Of a stretch of DNA of 44,509 bases, positions 8,418 to 16,842 are shown one piece after another. Position 1 is the stretch's first letter. Each line of letters opens with the position of its first letter. The notes below the pieces were generated by a model. That model was not told the DNA's origin. It ran no database searches and saw only the letters and a program-made list of their open reading frames with translations. The translations under genes and the position numbers were made by a program. The DNA lies in the NCBI GenBank assembly GCA_964531745.1, contig CAZHFX010000004.1:1-44509 (forward strand), given 5' to 3'. The DNA is from an uncultured Gammaproteobacteria bacterium. Its GTDB lineage: Bacteria; Patescibacteriota; Patescibacteriia; Magasanikbacterales; GWA2-37-8.

Positions 8418-8815
8418 ACAAATAATTTCGCAACCTCTTTAACATCCCCTGATTCTTTGCTTCTCACGATTGAGTGCATTGACCCCCCGCCGTCCCCCTC
8501 GTAGCGCGGAATGATATGCCAGTGAACGTGGCCCACCGCCTGGCCGGCGGCGGGGCGATCGTTCGCGCCAATGTTAACGCCAGCGGGCTGAAGCGCTTGA
8601 TAGACGCGCTCCAATGTTTTCTGCACCCCGCTCATCAGGCGCCCCCACTCTTTAACCCCGATTCCGGAAAGGTCATTAAAATGCGTTTTCGGCACCACCA
8701 CCGTGTGCCCTTTAGCGCAAGGGTGAATATCCAAAAAAGCCAAAACAGCATCATCTTGATACACGGTGTAGTTAGGAATCGCGCCGGCAACGATTGTACA
8801 AAATAAACAGTCCAT
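8414..8815 (-). CDS. HIT (histidine triad) family nucleotide hydrolase/transferase.
   Basis: The histidine triad is HVHWHIIPR. 133 aa, a typical HIT size. Confidence 0.9.
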   Translation of the reverse strand: MDCLFCTIVAGAIPNYTVYQDDAVLAFLDIHPCAKGHTVVVPKTHFNDLSGIGVKEWGRLMSGVQKTLERVYQALQPAGVNIGANDRPAAGQAVGHVHWHIIPRYEGDGGGSMHSIVRSKESGDVKEVAKLFV

Positions 8816-8820
8816 AAATC

Positions 8821-10905
8821 TTATTTAGGATACCACCAAACACCGACATTGCCAAATTGTTTTACGGAAACTGGGCCGGGAGAGAAAAAACTCCCGACGA
8901 ACGCGCATCTTTTCGCGCCGGTTAGACGCAACGCCTCCTGCCAATCAGACGCGGAGGCGGAAAAATTACGATAGAGAAAAACAAGCTCCGGCTGGGAAAA
9001 ATATTGATTGATGGGAAAACCGCCGCCGACAATATCTTTAGAAGAAATCGCTTCCAGCGCTAGCAACGGATACAGATCGGCGATCACACAGCGCCGGGCA
9101 TTATTTTCCCCCTGTTCCCAGACATAGCGCATCGCGGCATACTCGCTGGCGCTCACCGTGCCGGTGTCCGGCCCCAGCGAATAGGCCGCGGTGCTAGCGA
9201 CTGTTAAAAGAAAAACCAGCGACGACGCGACAAATCGGCCTACCTTCGCTCCGCCTTCGTAAAGAGGAAACAAAAATCGTTGCAACCATACTACAAAAAA
9301 AATAACGAGGAACAGCGCCAAGACCGGATCAAGACGGCGGGTAAAAATATTTTCTCCGATCAAAAAATAACGCGCGCCAATATAAGTTAAAAACAACGCA
9401 CCGCCGAAAGCCGCCAACCACTGCTGTTCTTTATTTTGTTTTTTGAGACAAACGACGAAACCAAAACCGGCCGCCGCCAAAAATAACAACATAAAAGCGA
9501 CCAGCCACCAACGCCAGACGGTAAACAAATTTGACACGAACGCGGCCAGAGGCAACTGATTGAAAATAATATTTCCCGTGGCGATATCCCCCGCCTGCGG
9601 ACCGGCGGCCAAATACCAGGCGGACAGATTGCCCACCAACTGTTTGACCTGATGAAACCAATTCAAATCGGGATTAAAGGCGCTATAATGGGAAACGAGC
9701 TCAACAGCAGGCAAAACTAAAGCCACCAACAAAGCCAGGCCAACAATTACAGAAACTCTCAACGAAATATTTTTTACTTTGAGCCTGATAATGAGCTCGG
9801 CCAACACCCAACCCAACCAAAAGAGAATAAGATACAGTGAATAGCCAAAGAAAGACAGCAGACCAAAGACCAGCAGGACTGGGAGCTGGTGCCGGTCCGG
9901 ATCTTGAATTCTTTTGAGAAGCAAAACTACGGATAAAAGCCAAACGAGAAAACCAAAACTTGAAGGCAAAGTAAGCGCCCCGGCGGCTTGCCAAGTAAAC
10001 GGAAGAAAACTCAACCAAACCAAAAATAATGATGCCCGATCGCTCCAGCCAAGCGTTTTCCCTATTTCAAACAAAAGTAGCGGCAAAAGAAGCGACCAAA
10101 GTATGGGCACGAGCCACTTATTTAGCGTGATGAGATCAACATGAGCGGCGCGCGCGATGAACGCCGTAGCGCCCCAGAAAGAACTATAGGCCAAAGCGTT
10201 CACGCTCAAACCGGAGGCGGTGAGGCGATACTTTACCTCCAAAGTGTTGGCCGGGGCGCTAAGTTTTGCCGATTCCAGCGCTCTCTCGGCAACGAGGCGC
10301 TGCTCCACCGCCACATGGCGCCACTGGTCGGCCCCATAGAAAAGCTCGTGGGTGAGCGGCAGATAGCTGTGCAAAAGCAAGGCGTGGACAATACAAAAAA
10401 ATAATACGGCCGAGGCCGAGAGACGGGAAAAAATAAGGCCGCCAAGAAGGAGCGTCGCTAGAGCAAAAACATAAAGGTATAAATGATCAATGGTTTGCCA
10501 CGGCGTGACAAGGTTTCCGCCGCTCCGCGAGCCGTACAACAGATAAAAACCATACCCGGCGAGCGTTAAATATAATATCACCCCCCACCAGGCGCTATTC
10601 GGGGCGGTGAGCTCGGCTTCAACGGTCGGATAGTCAATGGTTATCTCAACCGGAATTTTCACCAACCGGCGCAACGCTAAAATGAAAAAAATATTTACTG
10701 CCAAGATTGTGCCAATGGCCGGTAAATTTAATTTATAAAAAACAACGAAAATACCGGCCAAAAATCCGACGAATGAAAAACTTAAAAATAAACCGACCAG
10801 GCCGGCGCGCCAGGTTTTCTTAAAATGGAAAAGATGGACAAGCAGGGGTTCAACCAAAAAACCGGTAAAAATGAAATATACCAATAAAATAAACGAAAAC
10901 AGCAT
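8821..10905 (-). CDS. Large polytopic membrane protein (>12 predicted TM helices) with a C-terminal soluble domain. Possibly a GT-C-type glycosyltransferase or polymerase.
   Basis: 694-aa ORF dominated by hydrophobic helices. No catalytic motif was recognised, so the functional guess rests on architecture and context only. Confidence 0.6.
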   Translation of the reverse strand: MLFSFILLVYFIFTGFLVEPLLVHLFHFKKTWRAGLVGLFLSFSFVGFLAGIFVVFYKLNLPAIGTILAVNIFFILALRRLVKIPVEITIDYPTVEAELTAPNSAWWGVILYLTLAGYGFYLLYGSRSGGNLVTPWQTIDHLYLYVFALATLLLGGLIFSRLSASAVLFFCIVHALLLHSYLPLTHELFYGADQWRHVAVEQRLVAERALESAKLSAPANTLEVKYRLTASGLSVNALAYSSFWGATAFIARAAHVDLITLNKWLVPILWSLLLPLLLFEIGKTLGWSDRASLFLVWLSFLPFTWQAAGALTLPSSFGFLVWLLSVVLLLKRIQDPDRHQLPVLLVFGLLSFFGYSLYLILFWLGWVLAELIIRLKVKNISLRVSVIVGLALLVALVLPAVELVSHYSAFNPDLNWFHQVKQLVGNLSAWYLAAGPQAGDIATGNIIFNQLPLAAFVSNLFTVWRWWLVAFMLLFLAAAGFGFVVCLKKQNKEQQWLAAFGGALFLTYIGARYFLIGENIFTRRLDPVLALFLVIFFVVWLQRFLFPLYEGGAKVGRFVASSLVFLLTVASTAAYSLGPDTGTVSASEYAAMRYVWEQGENNARRCVIADLYPLLALEAISSKDIVGGGFPINQYFSQPELVFLYRNFSASASDWQEALRLTGAKRCAFVGSFFSPGPVSVKQFGNVGVWWYPK

Positions 10906-10998
10906 AGAATCGGCTTGTTCCCAGTATAACAGGTTTTAGAGAAAAGAGAAGCAAAAAAAACTGCGCACTGCCTCCTCACATTTTTTCCCCATCAGCCC

Positions 10999-11027
10999 TT
11001 GTAGAAAAGAAACGCTTCGGTTACTAT
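10999..11027 (+). promoter_or_regulatory. Candidate dnaB promoter: TTGTAG, 17-nt spacer, TACTAT.
   Basis: Hexamers at 10999..11004 and 11022..11027, 20 nt upstream of ATG 11048. Confidence 0.35.
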
Positions 11028-11047
11028 AAGGGGACTTAAGGCTTGCT

Positions 11048-12514
11048 ATGTCTATTGATGATATCGGAAAAATTCCGCCGCAAAGTTTGGAAGCAGAAAT
11101 GTCATTTTTAGGGTCGCTCCTGATTGATAAAGACGCCATGCTCAAAGTGGCCGACATGGTGCGCGCGGAAGATTTTTATAAAGACGCGCACGCGAAAATT
11201 TTTGAAACGATTTTGGAGCTGTATGCCAAGAACGAACCGCTGGACCTCCTCACTTTGAGCAACCGCCTTCAAGAAAAAAACCATCTAGAAAATGTGGGCG
11301 GACGCGCGTATTTAGCGGCGTTAACAAACACTGTGCCAACCGCTTCAAACGTGGCGCATTACGCGAACATCGTGCACCGCAAGGCGACCAGGCGGCGTCT
11401 CTTAACCGCGTCCCAGGAAATTACCCGCCTCTCTTACCAAGAAGAAATGGACGACTTGGAGCGCATTTTGGACGAAGCACAACAGCACCTTTTTGGTGTT
11501 TCCCAAATCTATTTCAAACAAGCCTTCACCCCGATTCGCGGGGTTCTAGCCGATGCCTTTGACCGTATTGACGAACTTCATAAAAACAAAGGGCAGTTGC
11601 GTGGCATGCCCACCGGTTTTCGCAGTTTGGATAATCTTTTAGCCGGCCTGCAGAAATCTGATTTGGTTATTTTGGCCGCCCGGCCGTCAGTAGGTAAAAC
11701 TTCGCTGGCGCTGGATATGGTGCGCCATATCGCCACCAAGCAAAAAGTGCCTGTGGGGCTATTCTCGCTGGAAATGAGCAAAGAACAGCTGGTGGATAGG
11801 CTTCTTTGCTCGGAGGCCAACGTGGATTTATGGAAAATGAGAACCGGGCGCTTATCCGACCGACCCGAGGACGACGATTTCCCGCGCATTGGCCATGCCA
11901 TTGGCATCTTATCCGAAGCGCCTATTTTTATTGACGATTCGCCCAACATTAATATCATGCAAATCCGCACCAAGTCCCGCCGGCTCCAAGCCGAACACGG
12001 GCTCGGGCTAATAGTGATTGACTATTTGCAATTGATGGAATCAGGAAGCAATGGCAACAGCGACAATCGCGTCCAAGAGGTGGCGGAAATAACGCGCGGC
12101 CTTAAAGGCATCGCTCGCGAACTGAATATACCGGTTTTGGCGCTCTCCCAGCTTTCGCGCGTGGTGGAACAAAGCAAACCGGCTATTCCAAAGCTGTCGC
12201 ACCTGCGCGAATCCGGTTCCATTGAACAGGATGCCGACGTGGTGCTATTTATCTACCGCAAATCGGCCGACCGCAACTACCGCTCCGAAGATATAGCGCC
12301 CGACGAACGCAGTATCGCGGAGGTGCATATAGCCAAGCACCGCAATGGCCCGACTGGCATGGTAAAAGTGGCTTTCAACGAGGCTTTCGCGTCTTTCCGT
12401 AGTCTAGAAACCGGCTTTACCGACCCGGGCGGCGCGCCCGCGTCGCTGAAACCGAAATCGGCATTTACACCACAGCCAGCCCAACAAAATTCCAACGAGA
12501 TACCACAGTTTTAA
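11048..12514 (+). CDS. dnaB: Replicative DNA helicase DnaB.
   Basis: N-terminal PPQSLEAEMSFLGSLL motif, Walker A ARPSVGKTSLAL, Walker B LIVIDYLQLM, and the RecA-like SQLSR and ESGSIEQDAD motifs. Confidence 0.95.
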   Translation: MSIDDIGKIPPQSLEAEMSFLGSLLIDKDAMLKVADMVRAEDFYKDAHAKIFETILELYAKNEPLDLLTLSNRLQEKNHLENVGGRAYLAALTNTVPTASNVAHYANIVHRKATRRRLLTASQEITRLSYQEEMDDLERILDEAQQHLFGVSQIYFKQAFTPIRGVLADAFDRIDELHKNKGQLRGMPTGFRSLDNLLAGLQKSDLVILAARPSVGKTSLALDMVRHIATKQKVPVGLFSLEMSKEQLVDRLLCSEANVDLWKMRTGRLSDRPEDDDFPRIGHAIGILSEAPIFIDDSPNINIMQIRTKSRRLQAEHGLGLIVIDYLQLMESGSNGNSDNRVQEVAEITRGLKGIARELNIPVLALSQLSRVVEQSKPAIPKLSHLRESGSIEQDADVVLFIYRKSADRNYRSEDIAPDERSIAEVHIAKHRNGPTGMVKVAFNEAFASFRSLETGFTDPGGAPASLKPKSAFTPQPAQQNSNEIPQF

Positions 12515-12531
12515 AATTAAAAATAAAATCT

Positions 12532-12843
12532 ATGTCCATGTTCAGCAAACTCAAACAGTTTAAAGACCTGCGCGAGCAGGGTAAAAAATATCAGAATGCC
12601 ATGAGCGGCGAATCTGTCACCGCCCGCGCCAGCGGCGATAGCGTAGTTTTGACAATGGACGGCAATCTAGGGCTGACCGGGCTCGCGATCGCGCCGGAGA
12701 TGCTCGCGCCGGATAAAAAAATAAAACTGGAAAACGCCATTAAAGAAGCCCACGCTGATGCCTTGAAAAAAATACAACGCATTATCGCCGGCAAGATGCA
12801 GGGCATGGGCGGGTTCCCCGGCCTGGGCGGCGACAAGAAATAG
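12532..12843 (+). CDS. ybaB: YbaB/EbfC family nucleoid-associated protein.
   Basis: 103 aa. It sits immediately upstream of recR (conserved synteny) and has a family-like central region and a Gly-rich tail. Confidence 0.8.
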   Translation: MSMFSKLKQFKDLREQGKKYQNAMSGESVTARASGDSVVLTMDGNLGLTGLAIAPEMLAPDKKIKLENAIKEAHADALKKIQRIIAGKMQGMGGFPGLGGDKK

Positions 12844-12845
12844 GT

Positions 12846-13439
12846 ATGTATTCTCCGTCCATCAGCCGCCTTATTACCGCATTAAAAAAACTGCCGTCGG
12901 TTGGCGAGCGCACCGCGGAGCGTTTTGTGTTCCATTGGCTGAAATCGGGGAAAAAGGAAGTAACGGAGCTCATGCTCGCTCTTAAAGACGTGATTGAAAC
13001 GGTGCGAAGCTGTGAGGTGTGCTGGAACTTTAGCGACACGAGCCCGTGCGCTGTCTGTAATGATAAACAGCGCGACCGCCAAGCTATTTGCGTTGTCGCT
13101 GATTCGCAGGATTTGGCGGCTATTGAAAAAACCGGCGCCTGGCGCGGGCTCTACCATGTGCTCCGCGCGCTACTTGACGTTACCGATGAAGAGAGTCTGG
13201 AAAAAATGAAAATAAAAGAATTGCTGGCGCGCGGGCAAAAAGCCAAAGAAATCGCGCTCTCGCTAAACCCGGATTTACCCGGAGAAACGACCATGCTATA
13301 TTTAGAAAAAGAACTTAAAAAAAACAACCCCGCTCTCATAATTACGCGTCTGGCGAGAGGCCTGCCGCTCGGCAGCGACCTCACCTACGCAGATGCTATT
13401 ACTCTGGAGAGCGCGATAAAAAACCGGACGAAAAAATAA
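12846..13439 (+). CDS. recR: Recombination protein RecR.
   Basis: N-terminal HhH (LPSVGERTAERF), C4 zinc finger CEVCWNFSDTSPCAVC and a Toprim segment (ICVVADSQDLAAIEKTG). Confidence 0.95.
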   Translation: MYSPSISRLITALKKLPSVGERTAERFVFHWLKSGKKEVTELMLALKDVIETVRSCEVCWNFSDTSPCAVCNDKQRDRQAICVVADSQDLAAIEKTGAWRGLYHVLRALLDVTDEESLEKMKIKELLARGQKAKEIALSLNPDLPGETTMLYLEKELKKNNPALIITRLARGLPLGSDLTYADAITLESAIKNRTKK

Positions 13440-13471
13440 GCCCGTACCAGAACGGTGCAGGGCTAACAAAC

Positions 13472-13507
13472 AAAAAATCCCCCGATGTACTCGAGGGATT
13501 GTTTTTT
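13472..13507. terminator. Bidirectional intrinsic terminator between recR (+) and rplU (-).
   Basis: 10-bp stem (one mismatch) AATCCCCCGA/TCGAGGGATT with loop TGTAC. It is flanked by an A6 run on the left and a T6 run on the right. Confidence 0.75.
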
Positions 13508-13514
13508 CTTGTAT

Positions 13515-13820
13515 TTACGCGATCTTTACTTCCGTAAACCGTTGACGCTGACCGTGAACTTTGTGATAACGCACTTTGCGCTTGAATTTCTCCACACGAA
13601 TGGTGCGGCCCTTGCCTTGACGCACGACTTCGGCCGCTACTTTTACCCCACTCAAAAATGGCGTGCCAATTTTGGCATCAGAGCCATCGTCGTTGGCGGT
13701 CAAAAACACGCGGTCAAAGGTAAATGTTTTGCCTTCTTCCACGAGGAGTTTTTCTACTTTTAATTTTTCACCGGTTTTAACAAGGTACTGTTTGCCGCCG
13801 GTAGCAATAACTGCGAGCAT
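13515..13820 (-). CDS. rplU: 50S ribosomal protein L21.
   Basis: MLAVIATGGKQYLVKTGEKLKVEKL... is a canonical L21 N-terminus. I start at the internal ATG 13820 rather than the track's 13886 extension. Confidence 0.9.
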   Translation of the reverse strand: MLAVIATGGKQYLVKTGEKLKVEKLLVEEGKTFTFDRVFLTANDDGSDAKIGTPFLSGVKVAAEVVRQGKGRTIRVEKFKRKVRYHKVHGQRQRFTEVKIA

Positions 13821-13857
13821 AGACTGTGAATTGAAGATTAAAAGATTGTGTGGAAGC

Positions 13858-13886
13858 AGTATATCGGAAAAAGCGTAAATAGTCAA
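13858..13886 (-). promoter_or_regulatory. rplU promoter: TTGACT, 17-nt spacer, TATACT.
   Basis: The reverse complement of 13881..13886 is TTGACT and that of 13858..13863 is TATACT, with an exact 17-nt spacer, about 40 nt upstream of the L21 start. Confidence 0.6.
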
Positions 13887-13888
13887 GA

Positions 13889-14359
13889 CTACCGCAAAAT
13901 CTCAATGGTATCACCGATTTTTAGCCCATGCGCCTTGATAAACCCGGCCGGAAGCTCCAGAACGAGAGTGGAAGGCAGGCGAGCAAAATAAGGCGTCAAC
14001 TCGGCTTCGCTTTTTCCCCTCTCCGGCGGCAGATTGGGCGCCATATCCACAATGGTGCGGCCGTTGAACCAAATAATATCCAAAGGAAACAGCATGTCGC
14101 GCATTACCATGGTGTGCTGGTCGGCGCTCGGGAAAACGAACAGCATACCGCCGTATCCCCCCATATCTTTGCGATTGCTCCAGCCTTGAATACGGTGCAT
14201 TTTGGTATCCGCCACCAAAACCCTGATCTCTTCTCCGCCTAAACGAATAGTGCGCTTAGTCCAGAGCGAACCGTAGATTTTAAAAACCACGGCCGCGAGA
14301 ATAACGACGGCGATAAGAATAAGATGCCATTTTTTTGTTTTAACCGGGGGCGCAGTCAT
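13889..14359 (-). CDS. DUF192 (COG1430) domain protein, N-terminally membrane-anchored.
   Basis: Family-like GMLFVFP...MRDMLFPLDIIWF...VLELPAG pattern and an N-terminal TM helix. Confidence 0.75.
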   Translation of the reverse strand: MTAPPVKTKKWHLILIAVVILAAVVFKIYGSLWTKRTIRLGGEEIRVLVADTKMHRIQGWSNRKDMGGYGGMLFVFPSADQHTMVMRDMLFPLDIIWFNGRTIVDMAPNLPPERGKSEAELTPYFARLPSTLVLELPAGFIKAHGLKIGDTIEILR

Positions 14360-15369
14360 ACGCGAGAAGTATTTTTACCACTATACCAGGCAACGACCGC
14401 CATGACGAGAAATAAAAATAAAATGGCGGCGACTTTCTCTCTGCTTTGGAGAAATAGGGCCGAGACGCCAAACGCGGCCGAGAAAATATAAAACCCCAAG
14501 ACAATCAGACGCTCGGTAAATCCGCGGTCAAGCAATTGAAAATACAAATGCTCGCGATCAGCCTGAAAAATGGAACGACCGCGGCGAAGACGGACATATA
14601 TAACCCGAGCGAGATCAAAAATTGGTATCGCCATCACCAAAAGCGCGGTGGCTAACTTACCTCCGGAGATTACCGCTAAAACCCCGAGCATAAACCCGAT
14701 AAAAAGACTGCCCCCTTCTCCCAAAAAAATACTGGCGGAGTGGAAATTAAAAATGAGAAAACCCAAGCAACTGCCGGCGAACACCAGCGCGAGCAGACTC
14801 ACGTTGGGTTGAAAAAATTTAGCGCTTCCGGAAAATAAAAAAATCATGATCGCCCCGATGGCAACTAAACCGGTGGCCAACCCATCCATACCATCGGAAA
14901 TTTTAGTTGTATACATCATCCCCATCAGCCAGACGAAAACAAGAATATCGCCAAGCAACCAAGGCAACGGGACGGTTCCGCCGAGCGGATTGGTAATTTT
15001 TGAAAGCCCGAGGCCGCCCGCGACAGCGAGCGCCGCCGCGAATGCCGTCACAATCAACCGCAACCCAGCTGGCAATTTCCAAATATCATCAGCCGCTCCA
15101 AGAAAAATTAACAAAAGACTGCTCAAAAAAACCCACCACAATTTTTCTTTCAAAATATCAAGCCCGACGATGGGATGAAAAATAAGGAGATACCCAATGA
15201 CGAGCCAGAAGGCGGCAAAGATTGCCAGACCGCCGAGCAACGGCACTGGAACAGCATGCCGCTTCCGACCCTGATCAGGCTGGTCAACAACATTGGCGCG
15301 GCGAGCCAAACGACGGACAACAATCGTACCGAGAACGGAAAGACAGAATGAGAGAATAAAATAGAACAT
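14356..15369 (-). CDS. WecA/TagO-type polyprenyl-phosphate N-acetylhexosamine-1-phosphate transferase (MraY/WecA GT4 superfamily).
   Basis: VDQPDQGRKRHAVPVPLLGG is the WecA-type RKxH..P..GG motif. It also has AADDIWKL and SDGMDGLATG (the DGxDGL motif). I use the internal ATG 15369 because the track's 15444 start would overlap the upstream gene. Confidence 0.8.
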   Translation of the reverse strand: MFYFILSFCLSVLGTIVVRRLARRANVVDQPDQGRKRHAVPVPLLGGLAIFAAFWLVIGYLLIFHPIVGLDILKEKLWWVFLSSLLLIFLGAADDIWKLPAGLRLIVTAFAAALAVAGGLGLSKITNPLGGTVPLPWLLGDILVFVWLMGMMYTTKISDGMDGLATGLVAIGAIMIFLFSGSAKFFQPNVSLLALVFAGSCLGFLIFNFHSASIFLGEGGSLFIGFMLGVLAVISGGKLATALLVMAIPIFDLARVIYVRLRRGRSIFQADREHLYFQLLDRGFTERLIVLGFYIFSAAFGVSALFLQSREKVAAILFLFLVMAVVAWYSGKNTSRV

Positions 15370-15373
15370 AGGA

Positions 15374-16840
15374 CTACGCGAACAGACCGGCTTTATTTTT
15401 TCGACAGATATAATAAATCGACCAAATACTTCCGGCGGCACCAAGCATGAGAAATGTCAAAATAATTTTTTTGTACCCTCCGCCGCCAGTCAACCATAGA
15501 ATATCCGGCTTTACCCATGGACGCAAGGAGGCCTTTGCCCCCCGCAAAACCACATCACGCTCGCCAGGCACAGTCCAACGAAACCAACTTGGCTCCGAAT
15601 AAACGAACTGATCAGAACCAATTCCAATATAGCCTGACCACAGACGATGATACACGTATTCGTGTGATAGCTCTGGAATAAACCGAATACTGGCGAGCGA
15701 ATCCATATTAACGGAACGCAGGAAAATAAGCTCACGATCGTAATTATACGCCGAACCCAAAAATTGAACATAAATAGCCCCGACTGCGAGCAGTCCGATG
15801 ATGCCCCACATTAATTTAGCCCGTTTGACAGCCCACAGTTCAATTAGCGGCAGATGTAAAAGCGCGATGATGGGAACGAGTTTACGCGGACCCCATGTTT
15901 CATCTGTCCAATAGCTAAAGGGCGCGTTGATGAGAAGTAAAAGAATTAAAATGGTGATGACAAACAGGCCGATCATTGGATCGCGCTTACAAAATTTCGG
16001 CCAGAGAAAAAGCGCCACTACGAGCAGTGGATTGTACAAAAAAATGCTCTTACCGGCAGAAAAAAAGAATCCGTAGAATCCTTCCCACCAATTCCACAAT
16101 TGAAATTCATGAGCGAGTGAATAGGCACCGGAAGCCTGCCCATAGAGCCAAATGTTTAGAGTAACCTGCAACCCGAGAAGCACGATCGCCGGCGCAACCA
16201 AGGGTAGCATAGTCTGACCGAACTTTTTCCAATTTATTTTTTGCCGATCATACATCACAAAAAAAACTGAAACGACACTCGCCAGCAAACCGACACTGCC
16301 GTATGATTTGGTGATGGCGAGATACGCCGCTATGATTCCGACTGTTAAAATTGATCCGTCGCCATCACGCCACCGAAGAAGCGCGAGAAATAATACACTG
16401 ACAAGGAGCCCGGCCTGATATTCCATACCGATGGTACTGTACGGCCAAAGAGAGCTCCCAAAGGCGATCAGGAGTGAAACTGCGACGCTTGTAGTTATTT
16501 GTTTGGTGAGACGATTCAAACACAAAAAAATCATGGCCACTTCAAGAGCCGAATAAAAAAGTGGCACGAGAGTCAAAAAAGTGGAGAGATGTCGCGGTGA
16601 GAAAGCAAAACCAATCAGTGCGAACGGAACATACAGAACGACCGCGCCCAACCCCGCGCGCTTTATTTCATAACGGCCATCAAGCAACGCCAGAGCGGCA
16701 TCCGCTGTTTCTCTTTCATATCCCTGAAAGACACCATGCCAGGTGGCAAGGAAAATAAAAAAAGAAGACAAAAAAAGCAAAAAAAATACTTGCCAGTAAT
16801 GTTTTTCCCAGACACGAGTTTTTTCCATACGGAAAAACAT
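15374..16840 (-). CDS. Polytopic membrane protein, GT-C (ArnT/PMT-like) glycosyltransferase candidate.
   Basis: 488 aa with ~12 TM helices, adjacent to the WecA-like gene. The family assignment rests on architecture and context only. Confidence 0.55.
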   Translation of the reverse strand: MFFRMEKTRVWEKHYWQVFFLLFLSSFFIFLATWHGVFQGYERETADAALALLDGRYEIKRAGLGAVVLYVPFALIGFAFSPRHLSTFLTLVPLFYSALEVAMIFLCLNRLTKQITTSVAVSLLIAFGSSLWPYSTIGMEYQAGLLVSVLFLALLRWRDGDGSILTVGIIAAYLAITKSYGSVGLLASVVSVFFVMYDRQKINWKKFGQTMLPLVAPAIVLLGLQVTLNIWLYGQASGAYSLAHEFQLWNWWEGFYGFFFSAGKSIFLYNPLLVVALFLWPKFCKRDPMIGLFVITILILLLLINAPFSYWTDETWGPRKLVPIIALLHLPLIELWAVKRAKLMWGIIGLLAVGAIYVQFLGSAYNYDRELIFLRSVNMDSLASIRFIPELSHEYVYHRLWSGYIGIGSDQFVYSEPSWFRWTVPGERDVVLRGAKASLRPWVKPDILWLTGGGGYKKIILTFLMLGAAGSIWSIYYICRKNKAGLFA

Positions 16841-16842
16841 TT

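Noticed and set aside
9431-10445. Multiple 60-105-aa ORFs on both strands inside the 694-aa membrane protein gene. Similar nested ORFs occur inside the dnaB, Clp-like, murJ, lepA, recJ, S8 and pyrG genes.
   Set aside because: They are nested in or antisense to longer ORFs with coherent membrane or enzyme signatures, and no independent evidence supports them.
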